DNA of 64,000 nucleotides from Takakia lepidozioides (taxonomy: Eukaryota; Plantae; Bryophyta), in assembly GCA_030704615.1 (NCBI GenBank), contig CM060734.1, positions 37,386,001-37,450,000 of the forward strand, given 5' to 3'. A program made the position numbers and the translations under genes. The notes beneath the pieces were generated by a model. That model searched no databases, had not been told where the DNA came from, and saw only the letters and a list, made by a program, of their open reading frames with translations. Positions 49,774 through 63,358 of the stretch are shown piece after piece (position 1 is the stretch's first letter; each line of letters starts with the position of its first letter).

Positions 49774-52700
49774 ATGGCCTTAGCGGAGGTTCTCTTCTCG
49801 CACATCCCTGGACGTTCGTTTCTGTTGCATTCTGCAGTTCGGCTTCAACATCGAAATCCGAGCGAGGTTGGCGCTGTTAGCTCGAAGGCTTTGCAGCATT
49901 GGAGCCCTCGTTTGAGAGTGTATGGACTTCCTTATCTCGAAGAAGCAGGCGTTCTTCGTAGATTCTCAGCTTGCGGTAGAGTTATCAATTTCACTACCCG
50001 GCCAAATTCTCATCAGAATCGACTTAGATTTTCTCACCAAGATGATGCGGTATCCTCGAGAGAATGTTCAGAAGAAGAACCTGCATCCCAACTTCCAGGA
50101 GAGTCTTCCGATGGAGTTGACAAAGCTTGGAATCAACAAGAGAGCCAAGACCTCAATCTACAGTCTAGCACTCACCTCCAAGATACTGAACATGATGGAG
50201 GTTGTAGTCTTGCGCTAGAAGAGAACAAAGCCAGAGAGGAGAGCTGGGGCGATGGTTGGAAAGCGCGGCTGTGGCTGCTGTGCGTGCCGCTCATGTGGGG
50301 GACCTATGGACCAGCTCTGCGCTTTATCTACCAGCAACCATTGGCTCCCTCACCCAGCATTCTCACATTATCTCGCAAAGGTTTGCTTGCAAGTTCGACA
50401 TGCTCTCTCTGCACAACATAGCAGTCTCAGTGTGTCCCTCTCTCTCTCTCAGCTCTGAACTCGGCACCGGACCCGTAGTTTTCTCCAATAAACCTCAGGA
50501 AAGCCGAGATCATGGTTTGTAACGGCCTTGCTGATCGAAGATTCCTCTTCAGCAACTGGGAGATCGAAGTTGTCAAATCTTACGCATATCTGGCTCTGGT
50601 TTTTTTCTCGACTTGCCAAACGCAGCCTCTCTATGTCAATCCATCTTCGTCACCCTGCAACGAAAAAGAGCCTTTTCCTTCTTTTGGACGACACGGCCTC
50701 TCCGTTGCGTTCCTACTGACTCAAATTCCAGAACGTCTGGATATTGTTTTCCAAGCATATTACGTAGGACCTGATGCGAAGCGAACCTGAAAATCATAAG
50801 CGCCCCTTACAGCAACGCTGCAGTTTGTGACATTGTGTTCGTCCTGCGAAGACAGAATTCGACAGCCCATTACTTGTTGGCACTTCTCCATCTCTTCTTC
50901 TGGTGGCATTGGGAAGGTTCAGGAGGGGCTAACAACACCCCCTGAGGCTGGAGACTGGCAGATGGGATAACTGCAGGCTGACCAACGCTTGTGCCCTGCT
51001 TGTGCTAGAGAAGAGAAGCGGGAGATTTAATTGTCATGTCTTCTTTTCACCGTCTCTCTACTATAGCCACTACTACTGCCTATTTAGAGACTGTCAATAG
51101 GAGGTTCAAATATACATGAGGCTCTCCACCTTAGCGAATCTCTTCAATTTGAATCCTAGTTTTCAGGCTGGCCACAGTTCCTTTCTTGTATTCTGCTTTC
51201 TTTTTTGCTTTTTTTTGGAACGGGACAGAGGCCCTTTTAGTCAAATTAATCAAAGAAGATGTCACAGCGGTGGAAAAAATAACCACCCAGAAGGCCGTGG
51301 AGGCTTACTAAGGGGGAACATCCCCGTGGCCGTAGCGAACATGCTAACAGTAGATAAGGAGGGAGTGAATAAAGGTGCAGCAGAGGTTGCGAGAGAGATA
51401 ACTTGCTATTCTAGGGCAGGTTGAAAGAGCAGTAAGAAAGATCTTATGCAAGAGAGACTTGTGTGCATTGTTCCGAGAATGGTTTAGATTGGAGAGGTAG
51501 CTAGCTATTCCGTGAGATAAGAGCACAAAAATGATGCGAAGATGAGGTGCGGAGCTGATCCGGAGTTGACGAGATGAGAAGACAAGGAGCTGGAGCAGAT
51601 CTGCAGTGGCAATGTGAAGACAGATTCAGTACTTTAGAACTTGAGCTGAGTTCTAAATTTAGGATCTCGACTTTTCTCTTATGCCGCCAATTCATCACCA
51701 GGGGACTTCCCATTGAGGGGGGACTGATTGATTCCAGGTAAAGCGCATGTTGGGTAGACTGGTGCCGAGCAAGTTGCCTTTGCCCCAGGAGTCGGCGAAA
51801 TCTTGAAGCAGCTTCCTCCCTCGTTGCTCCGAAGTTCTGGGAAGAGCTGCACAGACAGTGTCCCACGCTTTTCTCCCCTCAGTTAACAGATCAAAATAAA
51901 TGTGAAAGAGGATTGATCTGCCCCAGGGGGCTTTTCCTTCATAAACCCAATTGCATCTGGCTCTCCATAGATTCCACAGGGTGTGGGCTCTAAGAGTGTT
52001 CCATACCGGGCAAACACTCATTGTTATACCAGTCTGGAAATTTAAAAGCAGTAGAGATGGAGGAGAAGGGGCTGGGAAAGAAGCCCAATGAGAGTAGAAC
52101 GAGAGAACCCGCTCCCAGATTCTACTTGCAAGATTGCAGGACAGCAGACAATGTTCTATGGTTTCCGCGTGGGAATGGCATAGAGTACAGGTAGGGTTAT
52201 CCTCATGCGTTCGCTGCCTGACAGGAATTATTCTGTGAACGAGCTTCCATAGAAAGCCTGATATCTTTATGGGCCTGTGTTCCCTCCACACATCTTTCCA
52301 TATCTTGTTCCAAATCCTTTGGGTAAGGCTGTTGCCCCATTTTGCAGACCATTTACCTCTAAAGGATTGGGGCGGGCAGGCCAAGGAGTACCCTTTCTTC
52401 ACTGTGTATCCAAAGAAAGGGGTTTTCTTCTTGTCCATCATTTCCACTCCCCTGGGTCAAACTGCAGATCTTCCAAGGGGCACATGAGAAACCAGGTGAG
52501 TGTTTCATGGCGGGCCCATTGAGCCTCCATCCCTTGAGGTGGCAAGGGGTTTGCATTTCCTTTGCCATCAAGCACCCGTATGTGGAACAAGTTTGTTTTA
52601 GGAACCTCCATCATTCCTGTATAAGAGAGGTCACCCTCACAATCAGTGTGAAACCCCAGTCCAAATGCGATTGGTCCCCAAGTTTCTATGACCAGAATGG

Positions 52701-55700
52701 CTGTCTTTTCATTTTCTCGGTTGCAAGCCATCCAGACAGGAGCCATCCAATTCTGAGCTTGTTGCTCCAGCAGTGGGGTCATGTATTGCGGGATATTGGC
52801 CAGGAGAGCGCCCCAGTGCTTTCTTTGTCCCATAAAGCGTTTGAGCTTGATATACAGTTTCTTATTTTTATTTTTTCTGACAAAATCCTCAAGCGGAAAA
52901 GCTGACTCCACCTGGCTCCCACGTGTTGATCATTGCAGTGGTTTCGCTCGTTTTCTTTCTTCTTCTTTTACCTCTCGAAACCTCCTTCAACAATCCAAGC
53001 TCACTTGAAGCTACTAAAAAAGACATTCATGAAACAAGCGAGGGAGCTTTGGATTCCCCGGAGGAAGACAGTTTTATGCTACCAACACCAAATTTTTGTC
53101 ATGATCCACAGACCAATGAAAGAGGTGCCTTCTTGAGTCGCATGGTGGGCTTTCAGTGGGGTGCAGCATTGGAGTTGGGATTATGGACATTTCTTGGCAC
53201 TGCATTGCAGGTATACTCTGAGGGGTGTGGTCTACTCTGCAGCCTCTCTCTCTGGTTTCCTGTTTTCTCTCATGTTTTTCTTTCCATTTTGTCCCATGAG
53301 CTCTATGAGCTTTCCGCAGACGTTATAAAGCACCATTTCATTTCTCTCTCTCTGGGCCTCCTGCGAGTGTAGGGTTGTTCAGGCTTTTGGGTCTCCTGTG
53401 AATGTAGTAACTTCCTTTATTTTCTTTCATTTTTCACACACACATTCGAAACTTTCTTGTGGTCCAGAGACGCTTTGGAGCCCATGTGGAAGGAATTATC
53501 TTTTTTGTCTTTTTCTACTTCTTCTCCATGGTTGATGCATTTAGTCTGAAGACCAGAAACGTATAGCAGCTTGCCATGGAGTGCATGAAGCATAGTTTGA
53601 GGAGGATTGAAATGCACATTGTAAATACAGATTCTAATGATTCATTTTGTAATCTTTGAGGGTGATCTATGTTGTCCTTCTGATGGCGGGCAGACAAAAG
53701 GCCTGGAGAGCACATCAGCAACAAGAGCTGGCTTCATATTGCAGACCATAACGGTGCTGGTACCTCTTTTGTCGGCTGCCTCAGGGGGGCCTGTCACTAT
53801 AATTACATGGGTTGCTGCGTTCTTGGCTCTGGCGGGGGTCACTGCTATGAGTGTATCTGGTGTGGGGAGAGGGGCTGAAGTGGACACATTCAGTGGACTA
53901 TGCAGGTAGCGCTTTCCATCTCTCGTTGCCTTCCTCCTGTTCTCCACTCTGAATTGATTGAGCTGGGACGTTTGTTTCCACTTGGAGTGTCAAAGTCTTA
54001 GAAACGTCCTTCATCACTTCCTACTCTCCTCACTCACTCACTCACAGCATTACTTGAGAACAAACAGCTTCCATCTCATGCTCATTACAGATCTCTACTT
54101 GTGCACATGTGCAGTATGTCTATCCTTAAATTCTGTCTGCGGTGCGCATGGTAGAGAACAATGCAAGGGCTGAAATCCAAATGGAGAATCCTTTTTGTGC
54201 AGACTCCAATCATTGTGTCCCAAGTTCAGGGGAACCCCCGTTAAGACATGTGATATGTGGCTCTTCATCCACTTCTGCTTAGCTGCCGGATAGTAGATGA
54301 CATCCACTTGAAGAGCTTGATGACCTAGCATCAAATTATTGTAAAAGAGAACTTATATCACTGACACGGCTTATTCTTAATTAGGTTGTGTTTGATGCAT
54401 TTGGCAGCTGTGCAGCATGATGGATTGCGATATTTTTTGTACATTGTAAGTGCGTTGCATATTCCAAGGCTAAACTCAGTCATGCTCTACAGTGGTGAGA
54501 CCATACACTGTCTCAGTCCGTCAACAGCCGTTGGTGATGTTGAAGTCCTGGCATCCACATTCTTCTTCGCATTATGTACTGTCAGATTAGGAGCGTATGC
54601 AGTGCAGATTCCAGCAATTCGTCTCTCAACCCAAGTTATGGTGGTATCAACTGTCTGTGCTATGTCCTGGGCAGCTTTTGATCTTTTGAGCAGCTACCTT
54701 GAAGGTGAAAAAACAGTTCCTTCGTAGAGAACCTCTTAGTAGGTGGGTGGTTATTATGTGTGATAAATCTGGTTGAAGCTTCGTCTTACTGAAAAGTCAT
54801 GAGTCAACTTACAAGAATCTTGATTATTCAGTCAATTATCCTTCTTCGAAATTGAAGGCCAAGGCCAGGCTTGTGTTAGAAATTGCTACAGGCAACTTCT
54901 CAACTACATTTATGGCCTATCTGTGTTTCATTCACGTGGTTGGTAACACATTTTCTACTTGCTGTTAGATGATCTCAGAAATTTTCTCTGAACGAGATTC
55001 AGAATACCCAGTCTGAAGAGCTGCATGTCTGAATGACCAATTATGCAACTAGCTAACATTCCAACCTGTTCTATCATGTTTTGTTTGGATTTCTTGTATT
55101 GACAGACTTGCTTAAATTGGGTGCACAGGGAGGGATGTTGGATTAGCTTGGAATGGCCTGAACAGCAATGCGGTGGCAGCTGCCGTTGTGTTTTCAGCGC
55201 TAGTTCCAGGGACCTTGGCATCAATTGCACAAACAGCAGGGCAGCGGGTTGTCCCTGCTTCTGAGGCACAGGTATGCTAATGCATGAAGAACCGAGACAG
55301 CCTGTGAGAAGGTGGGTGAGTGAGACAGAGAAGTATGCATTCTAATAAAATGCGACAACAGAGGGCCGGACGCAGACAGAGAGAGCATTAACCTCCTGTA
55401 CGACTTTCTCTCATTACAACTTTGCTGCCAAGATTGTTTAGGTTCAACAGCAGAAAATGGGGTTTCTTGAGAGGTGAGATGAAAGAGGGTTCTTCGAATG
55501 AATTCTTGTGTAACCAAACCACCACCCATTTTCAACAATCCTCACATATGCTTAGTAGTGCCAAACCATCTCACTGACTGCAACAAGCAAAATCCAAGAG
55601 CATATGTCCATGTGGAACCATGAGAGGATGCATAGATGCTCTATATTCATGGGCAACAAGTGGGCATATTTTCATAATCTAAGTGGATTCCATGGTAATC

Positions 55701-55892
55701 CAAACCTTGCTAAGCAGGGCAGGGTTGGGGACAATGCAGGTGTATTACTCGTTGCAACCGGTGTGGTCAGCTGTCTTTGCCATGGTATTATTAGACGAGA
55801 CAATGAGTCCCCTTGGTTGGGGGGCAGGAGTGGTTGTGGTGTTGGCAGCCTTCTTAGCCAGCTATAACACCTTTACCCATAAAAAGCCATAG
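49774..55892 (+). CDS. EamA/DMT-superfamily transporter, probably plastid-targeted; exons 49774-50380, 52939-53210, 53694-53905, 54493-54704, 55129-55271, 55740-55892
   Basis: All junctions are GT-AG and in phase. Motifs: LLCVPLMWGTYGP, GAALELGLWTFLGTALQ-TKGLESTSATRAGFILQ, AQTAGQRVVPASEAQVYYSLQPVWSAVFA..LL.E. Transit-peptide-like N-terminus. Confidence 0.9.
51200..52920 (-). mobile_element. 5'-truncated L1-clade LINE in intron 1 of the EamA gene, antisense
   Basis: ORFs 52438-52911 and 51695-52447 with zf-RVT (FLWKLVHRIIP..CTLC..ETIEHCLLSC..LWNLWRARC); poly-T tail ~51200-51216. Confidence 0.88.
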
Positions 55893-56904
55893 AGACTGCA
55901 TCCTTTAACCATCACCCTGCCCCCTTGCTACTACATTTCAAGCTATTTCAACGCGGGCAAAGAAGCCCAAGAAATATGTATTTGCTGACGCAGCTACTCT
56001 CATTATTTTCTACTTTGTAGAATAAGAAGAAATAAACATTGTAAGATATGACTGTAAAGGTATAATTGGCCACCAAGATACATTTAGGCAGTATGCTCTC
56101 CGCCCTGATTGAGGGGTTATGTAGTTTAGCCACTGGTGAAGGATTTTCATAGTGTGGGGTGCTTACAACAAGTGTTTCAATTACAAGGTCTATAGTCTCT
56201 CTACCACTGTTGAAGTGTAGATTTTATTTTGATTTTGAGATGCAAACTTTACTATATCACTGTGTGTTAAGGTAATTGCAAACTCCGCAAAGCTTGAAGA
56301 GCATATGATTGGTGATTCTTATGGACTAAAACACAATTGAAGAATAATATTTGGTTGCAATGTCACTAGACCATTTTTTTTTTTTTTGTTCTAAAGGGGA
56401 GCGACTGCTCACAAATCAGGCCCCCTTTTTTATTTTTTATTTTTTAGGCCCTTTGTTTTTTTATTTGTTTTTTGGCCCTTTAATTATAGTGAGAGGAGAA
56501 AATAACCAGTGTTGTGCGGGTATATTGATTTCAATATACCCTTAGGGTATAAGTAAATTATTTTTGTCAAATCAATTACCCTCGGGGTATGGATAAATTG
56601 AAATCTCAAAAACTTATTTACCCTCCGGATATGGGTAAATTAACTTTTCAGATTTCTATATAACCCCCGGGTATGGATATATATGCCAAAATATACCCTG
56701 AGGGTATGAATAGTTTCCGGGGTATGGATAGTTATTTCAATTAATATATAATTTAATGTTTTAAGGTATATATGATGGGTTTTTTTTTTTGTTCTTCAAT
56801 ATGTACAAAACACAAAAAATACAATCTATGGTAAAAGAGAAAATTGAGATATTGCATAATTGGTGTTAACTTCCAATGCAAGATGGAGGACTCCTGAGAT
56901 TCAA

Positions 56905-56996
56905 AAAAAGGCGCCCTACGGGCATCTAAGGGTTTAATTTTTTCCCTTCAATAATTTTTAATAAAATTCTCAAGGGCTACCTCCCCCTTCCAATAC

Positions 56997-57023
<27 letters not shown>
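56905..57023 (+). mobile_element. LINE 3'-end remnant with poly(A), nested in the hAT element
   Basis: Hairpin 56928-56948, AATAAAATTCT, hairpin 56972-56989, then a ~26-nt poly(A). The same end occurs reversed at 60661-60713. Confidence 0.65.
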
Positions 57024-57027
<4 letters not shown>

Positions 57028-57258
57028 CATGGGCTGGTAGCTAGTGAGCTGGTAAGTGCACAGTGTGTGTGGCTCTGGTGGTTCGGGGTTCGAACCCGCT
57101 GCCCTGCCCCGTGTGTGGGATTATTCATGTCGGTATGTTTGGGCATTGACTGTCCTGTAGGTCTCATGGCCCATAAATGAAAGGGTGTTAATCTTTCCCC
57201 TCCTCAAGGGCCTGAATTGTGGGCTGTCATGTTTCTTTTTATATATATATATATATAT
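57024..57258 (+). mobile_element. tRNA-derived SINE (family B) nested in the hAT element
   Basis: GGGCTGGTAGCT...TGG box-A-like head, box B GGTTCGAACCC, T/(TA)n tail. Confidence 0.7.
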
Positions 57259-58700
57259 GCGAGATCTGAAGAGGTATTGTTTGGGTTATATGACTTTTAG
57301 GAATGATATATATGTAGCATTTGTTTTAGCTGTGATTGGAGCTTTCTTATAGCTCAAGGCTCCCTAACAACACAACAGAAAGAGTAAAGACCTAGCACAT
57401 AAAGGCTATGAAGGCACATAAAGGCCCTTATATACCCTGATTAGACATACCCTTCAGAAAAGTAGGGTATATTGAGCGTCTTGATGAGGGTAAATATAAG
57501 GATAAGGGTATATCATAAAAATATACCCTGATATAAGGGTATACATCCGGGTACCTAAACTTGCCACACCAGGGTACATATATATCAATATACCCTGATA
57601 TACCCGCCGGGTATATCAGGGTAATTCATATAACTGAAAATAACCTCTTTCTCAGTAACTAAGTAACCTGGCCATGATGCCCCCAGCACAAGGCTCCACT
57701 ACACCTTTGATATACACAGGTTGAATTGGTGGAATTAACTGCAAAAACCAAAAAAAAAAAAAAAAACTTTTCTTTTTATTGGATGAACTTAGTGTACATG
57801 GTCAGTGGATAGAATGATATTTTCTTACAGCAGATGCATTTATCTATTAGACTATATCCACTACAGTAGAAATATGTGCCCATGATAATTGCAAGTGTTT
57901 GACTTCCATTCATTATGTAGTGTACATATGGTAATGATGAGAGTATCATGTATCATCTGAGTTGCATGATGGCATCAGACCATGGCCATGGATGGAATTG
58001 GGAGATGTTTCCACATGGCCCACAACCTAAAAGAGTCAAGTATGAAAAAAAAGAAAAAAAAAAAGTGCAAGCAAATGGCTAAGTGAAGTATTTGTTAGCA
58101 AGAGGCAGGCTGTGGCTTGCCTAGGCCCCTAGCTAGTGCAAGTTGATCTGGGTGAGCACTAGTGAGTCTAGATACCCCACCCACATTTATATACAGGAAA
58201 TTAGTGGATGTCAGACATACTTTTGTGTCACTAGTAACAACCTTTCATGGGCTCAAGTCACATGAATACAAACAGGTCAAACATAGTTCTCATTTCCCCA
58301 GGGGGATTATTCTATTTTTAAGAAAATTTAGGAACTTTTTCAAGGTGATCAAATTATATTTGTATATCAAGTTGGTTAAATTCAAATTTGTAGGTGTTCC
58401 CAAGTCCCTTTTTGCAATTTTGTCGTTTTTTACTAGCATGCTCCAGTCAAAAACTGGCACCTACACTGTGAGATCCTCAGATTCCAGCCATAAGGACCCC
58501 TGCCTAGCCCACATGTGCATGACATACCAAAAATCTCAGGCCATTTCACCGACGAAAAAATATATTACAATATCTTTGTGGACCTCAAAATTATGAGACT
58601 ACATCACCAAAAATGTAGTCACTTATTCTTTCTATTAATTTATTATGTCATGGTTTGTTTGTTTTTTTGGGGCCCCCCGTGCAGAGTGGAGAGCCCCCTA

Positions 58701-58987
58701 TGTACTAATATCTAGTAAGTGAGTAAGTAGTAAGTGAGAGGGGAAGAGAGCGCCCCACTCTCTTTATATACCCTCACAGGGCGGTGGGACTTTCTAGAAG
58801 CCAGCCGAGCCCTTAGCGGTGGGACCCTTCTAGAAAGTTGCCTCCACCAAGTACACTTCTCCAAGCCTAAGGCTGGCGTGGGGTGCGCAATTTTCCGGGC
58901 CCTCTCCTAGCCCTCTTCTTAGCCTTAATACAGGCTTTTTCGGTTAATTCCTAGACCACTCTCTAATCCCCACACCCCCCTTTCACA
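58701..58987. mobile_element. Possible solo LTR
   Basis: TGT...ACA ends, TATA-like TTTATATA, internal repeat GCGGTGGGAC..TTCTAGAA twice; no clean TSD. Confidence 0.35.
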
Positions 58988-61900
58988 CCTGGCCCCTTAT
59001 TGAGTTGGTGTACATAGCAGCTAATTTCTTAGGGTCCTAAGGCGGCAGCTGTAAATGCATTTGTGTAGGGAGGACTTGGCATGAGGGTAGGTGCACCAAA
59101 AACCAGCAAAGGGAAAAGTGCCTCCAAAGGAGCTACCACATTGTGGCCAACCCAACGACAGATGTGTTGGCGCCAATGCCCTGCACCAGCAGGTCAAAAA
59201 CAATCTGAATTTGGATAAAAGCACAGCAAGAATTGGATATTTTGAGTAGGCCCCCATCAGGATTCCAGCTGGACCTCAGATGGCATTTTCTGGTGGAATT
59301 GCCTTTTTGTAAGGGGCCACGTCATGCCCTGCACACAAATGTCCTTCTCACCGTCTCTGCCATGCTGGCGGGCCAGCGTGGTGCCACCAAATCCCCCACC
59401 TCACAACCATGCCGGCTGCCTTTGGCGGGTCCCAGTCTGAACCGGTGTACCCTGTCGGTTCTTTTCAGGGTATCACACTGTGGACCCGCACAAGCGTACA
59501 GGTGGTACCCGGGTTGAGCTGGACCCGGGGGGCGGGGGGCGGCTGGGGCTGATGTAGGACCTCCCTATTGGTCGCTCCCACCGGCCCTATTTCCTTGACC
59601 TTCAAACTATTGGGTACATAGACCATAGGTAGATGATAAGGAGTTACATGCCAGGATAACTATCCTTATAAGTATGCTTGCATTTTTTCAATTTTTACAT
59701 TCAATGAAACTTAGCAATATTATTCAAAGTCTTCAAGAACTACCGTAGCATAGGGGCCATTTCGACACAAATTTTAATATTTCAAAGATTGTTGAAAATT
59801 TTGGAAATTGATTTTATGAAATTAAATAACTTTGTGAATCATAATAAAGTATCTTTGGGAATATTCCATATGTTGAAATGGAATTCTCAAAATAAAATTA
59901 TAGATATTTGACAGAAGAGTGTTGAAATGGCCCATGTACTACGGTATTGGGAACCGAGATGTGGTACCCCGCAGTCCATGAACTCAATTAACCGGGATAT
60001 TGATAACCGGCACAAATCATGAAATGGCTCTTGTTTGATAACCTGTACCCGGGCGAATTCTGAAATCCTTGCATTATGCGTACCCGGCCATGCTCCACCC
60101 TCAATGAAAATGCCATACCGAGACCCGTAAAAAAGTCCAAAACATAAGACCTGCCCAACACTCGTTTGGAGCCCTAAACTCACATTTTGACGAGTTTGCC
60201 TGCCACCTGTCTGGTCAAAGGCGCTATAGATTGTCCCAAAAAGGAGCTCCTATTCAATATTTTGAAACAATCGCAGTTTTTATCAAAATGTTAATTTTTT
60301 TTTGGAGCAGGTGCTCAACAGAAATGCGGAGAAATCATATTTAGGATACGTCTAGAGAGCTCCAAGAATTCAGAGCGACCCCCATTCAAGTGAGTGCCTT
60401 GGGAACTAAAGGGTTAATAACTCTATATACATCCACTTGAGTATCTCAAGATTCTTTGATGGAGTCCTTAAGAATATTTTTAGATGCTTTAAAGTTTGAT
60501 TTGATGGACGTTGTCACAGCTAGGAGTGTCATATGATCGAGATCATTAATCATCCCTCAATAAATCATTGTAGTCACGGTTGGTGCAACCTCACAACCTA
60601 GTTGTTTTTCAATGTGATTTTACATATATATAAGGGATGTATGTGTATAAAACTTACTACTTTTTCTTTTCTTTTTTTTTCCAACAGGGGACTGTGGCCC
60701 TGAGAATTTTATTCTGAATTACTACTTATAAGTCATGCAAATAATCTGAATAGCATTGTCTTTAAAAATATACACTTTGGTTTCATGACATATTAGAATG
60801 TTCTAATTAACGGTGGATTAATGTATTTACAAAATGTCATTTCACAATCATTTGGAACTAATAACATGTTCATTGTTTGAAGATGTCCATTGACAATCCA
60901 ATCAAACAAAGTGGTTGTAGATGTAGGGTTTGCATTTCTCATCACACATGATCAAATGATACCTAGGTATGTAATCAGGCATCTTAACACAATTGTCACA
61001 TGTGACAGTAATTGTGTCATCAAATAACGCTACTGAGCAAATAGAGGTGTGTCAAATGATAAATACTAATGGCCCTTTCACATTTTTTGGTTAGGTAGGG
61101 GTAACCTAACCTCCTGACTGATGTGAAAGATAAATTGTCCATTTGGATGTTCACCTATGTACAAGGGTATCCTACATGGACAGCTAAATTATCATTCCTA
61201 CATTTGCACATTTCATGGTATGATCATAACCCTTGAAGGGCATGAGCTAAGCTACTTTAACTTAATCTTCAACATGATTTAGTGTTCACGAATTTCAAAG
61301 TTTAAGGATAATTTTATTTCTCTTTTATTGAGAAGATTTTGTGAGAGCCACTGAAAAACAATTAGCAAATAGAGACATACCACCACTAGTTAGTGAGAGT
61401 TACTAACGAAGGAGAATAATTGACTTTAGTATATATGAGAAAAGAAGAGTGTTCTCAGTATACATGCATGATCTGTTTTTGATATTTACTATTATTATTC
61501 TTTAAATTGATTTGCAACATAATCACACGTAGGATTGATAGTAATGAGATTATAAATGGAATTTCAAAGCAATAGTCCTTTGGGATGAAGTGACAACCAA
61601 AGTTATGTTTGCTTCTATTCTAACTTAACACATTTAGAGTAAAATTATTAATTTCAATATTAAAAAACAAGAATTGTCAAGGACAAAATATGACATGAAT
61701 TTCTTCAAGAGCATTGTTATCTAAAGTGTATTTGAAAATTACCTATATCCTTGGTTTGCACCTCCAAGCTCTGACATCTCCACACTTGCATGTATTTGGC
61801 AGTTTTTTAATTTTTTTTCTATGAACAATATCAAAGTGTTTCTTAGAGTTGCATGTGGTTAAAGTTCTTGAGAGTGTCAATGTTTCTTCATGAATGTGCC

Positions 61901-63034
61901 GAAGATACAACTCTACACATGTATGATGTGGATAAGTCTTGTAGTTTCTTAAGAGTAATCTCATCTTAAGAGCTGTTAATTGTGAAGGTTATTAAGAGGG
62001 TCGACGTTTTTCTAGAGGTGCGCTGAAGAAATTTGTGCACATGCATAACATCAATATAGTCTTTGTAATTTTCTTGGAATAATGCATACAAATTCTTGAG
62101 AATTATTTGTGGTGAAGAATCTTGAAATGGTGAGTTTTTCAAAGGTGAATTAATTGAAGTTTTCTGGAAAGAATGGGAGAGGAGTGGCAGAGAGGAGTGG
62201 CGGTTGAGTGATAAAAGAAGAGATGACTAATGGAGGTTCATATGTGGATAGGGTTGTTGGGCCATCGTTGTTTTAGGTGCGGCTGGGTTATCTTTTGACC
62301 ACACCTGCATTGACAAAGACAATATTGATATCATCCAAAAATGGTGATTCAAAATCACTCATATCTATGGTAAAAGAAAGAATGCACTCATTGTAATGTA
62401 AAAGTGAGAAATGATGTTGGCTTGCATAAATGCACCGTTACTTATGAAAGATGACTTGACCAAGTCACAAGAAGATGTGAAGAAAGATGTAGGCAAGTTG
62501 TAAATTGCCTCAGCAAAGCGAACAGTGCGCTGTATTGGTGGTCCGGTGGACTCTCGGCTGTGAAGTCTGCTGCACGTGCGAGGACCGTGGATGAATTTAG
62601 TACGATGCGTTCATTCGGTGGACGTATTCAATGCGATGACGGCGGATAGTTGGCGCCTGTGAAATCGCGTCACGTTGGTAGTGTCATGTCCGCTTTCCCC
62701 CTTCTACTTCTACTTTCTTCTCATGTTCCCTGTGCGATCGTCTCCATTCTCTTCGCGCTTGTTTCTTCGCACTGTTTCGTTTTCCTCTTTGCGTTTCCAT
62801 CACCGTAACGAAAGACGGCCGTTCTTCCCCAAGTGTGGAGAGTCGCGGTGAGCCGCGAAGCGTCACAAACACGCTCGACTTCGTAACAACTCGAAGTTCA
62901 TCGGCTCGGTGAGGTTCTCACTTGCTACGGTGTTTCCATTCCATTCTGTGTCCTCTTCTTGCTTAGGGTGAGTCTTTTCATAGGATTTCTGTCTGTCGCT
63001 CATTGTCCTTGCACCCTCGTTTCATTCTGCAGCG

Positions 63035-63358
63035 ATGGAGGATGCTTGTGAAAATGGTGGAGCGGACTGGGTGGATTTTGTGCACCAAACCAGATTGAAG
63101 AAGGAGTGAAGGTACTGGTACTCACCAGAGGAGTTTGATCATAAAATAGTGGAAGCATTTGTAGACCTCCGCGCACGGAAGCCCAAAAACTCGAATTGGC
63201 AGAAGGACAAGCTCTTTTGTCCCTTCTGTGAAAAGGTTATCAAGGACAAAATCCAACTAAATCGGCATTGTGTTGACACGGGTTGCAAGGAGACTGTTGC
63301 AACGATTCCACGGCATTTCAAGCCTTGGCCGATACTGAAAGAAATGTCGACTTCATAG
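63035..63358 (+). pseudogene. Zinc-finger-containing (BED/C2HC-like) fragment, probably TE-derived
   Basis: FCPFCEKVIKDKIQLNRHCVDTGC, with an in-frame stop upstream; follows a CpG-rich promoter-like block at ~62500-62950. Confidence 0.4.

Larger units (their letters stand above)
56507..57636. mobile_element. hAT-type non-autonomous element (1130 bp including nested inserts)
   Basis: Starts CAGTGTTG and ends ...TAACTG (short, imperfect TIR); perfect 8-bp TSD AAAATAAC (56499-56506 and 57637-57644); many GGGTATA/TATACCC subterminal motifs at both ends. Confidence 0.8.

Noticed and set aside
59595-60417. piggyBac-like element ending AAAGGG-TTAA
   Set aside because: No convincing matching left TIR or TTAA, and no transposase.
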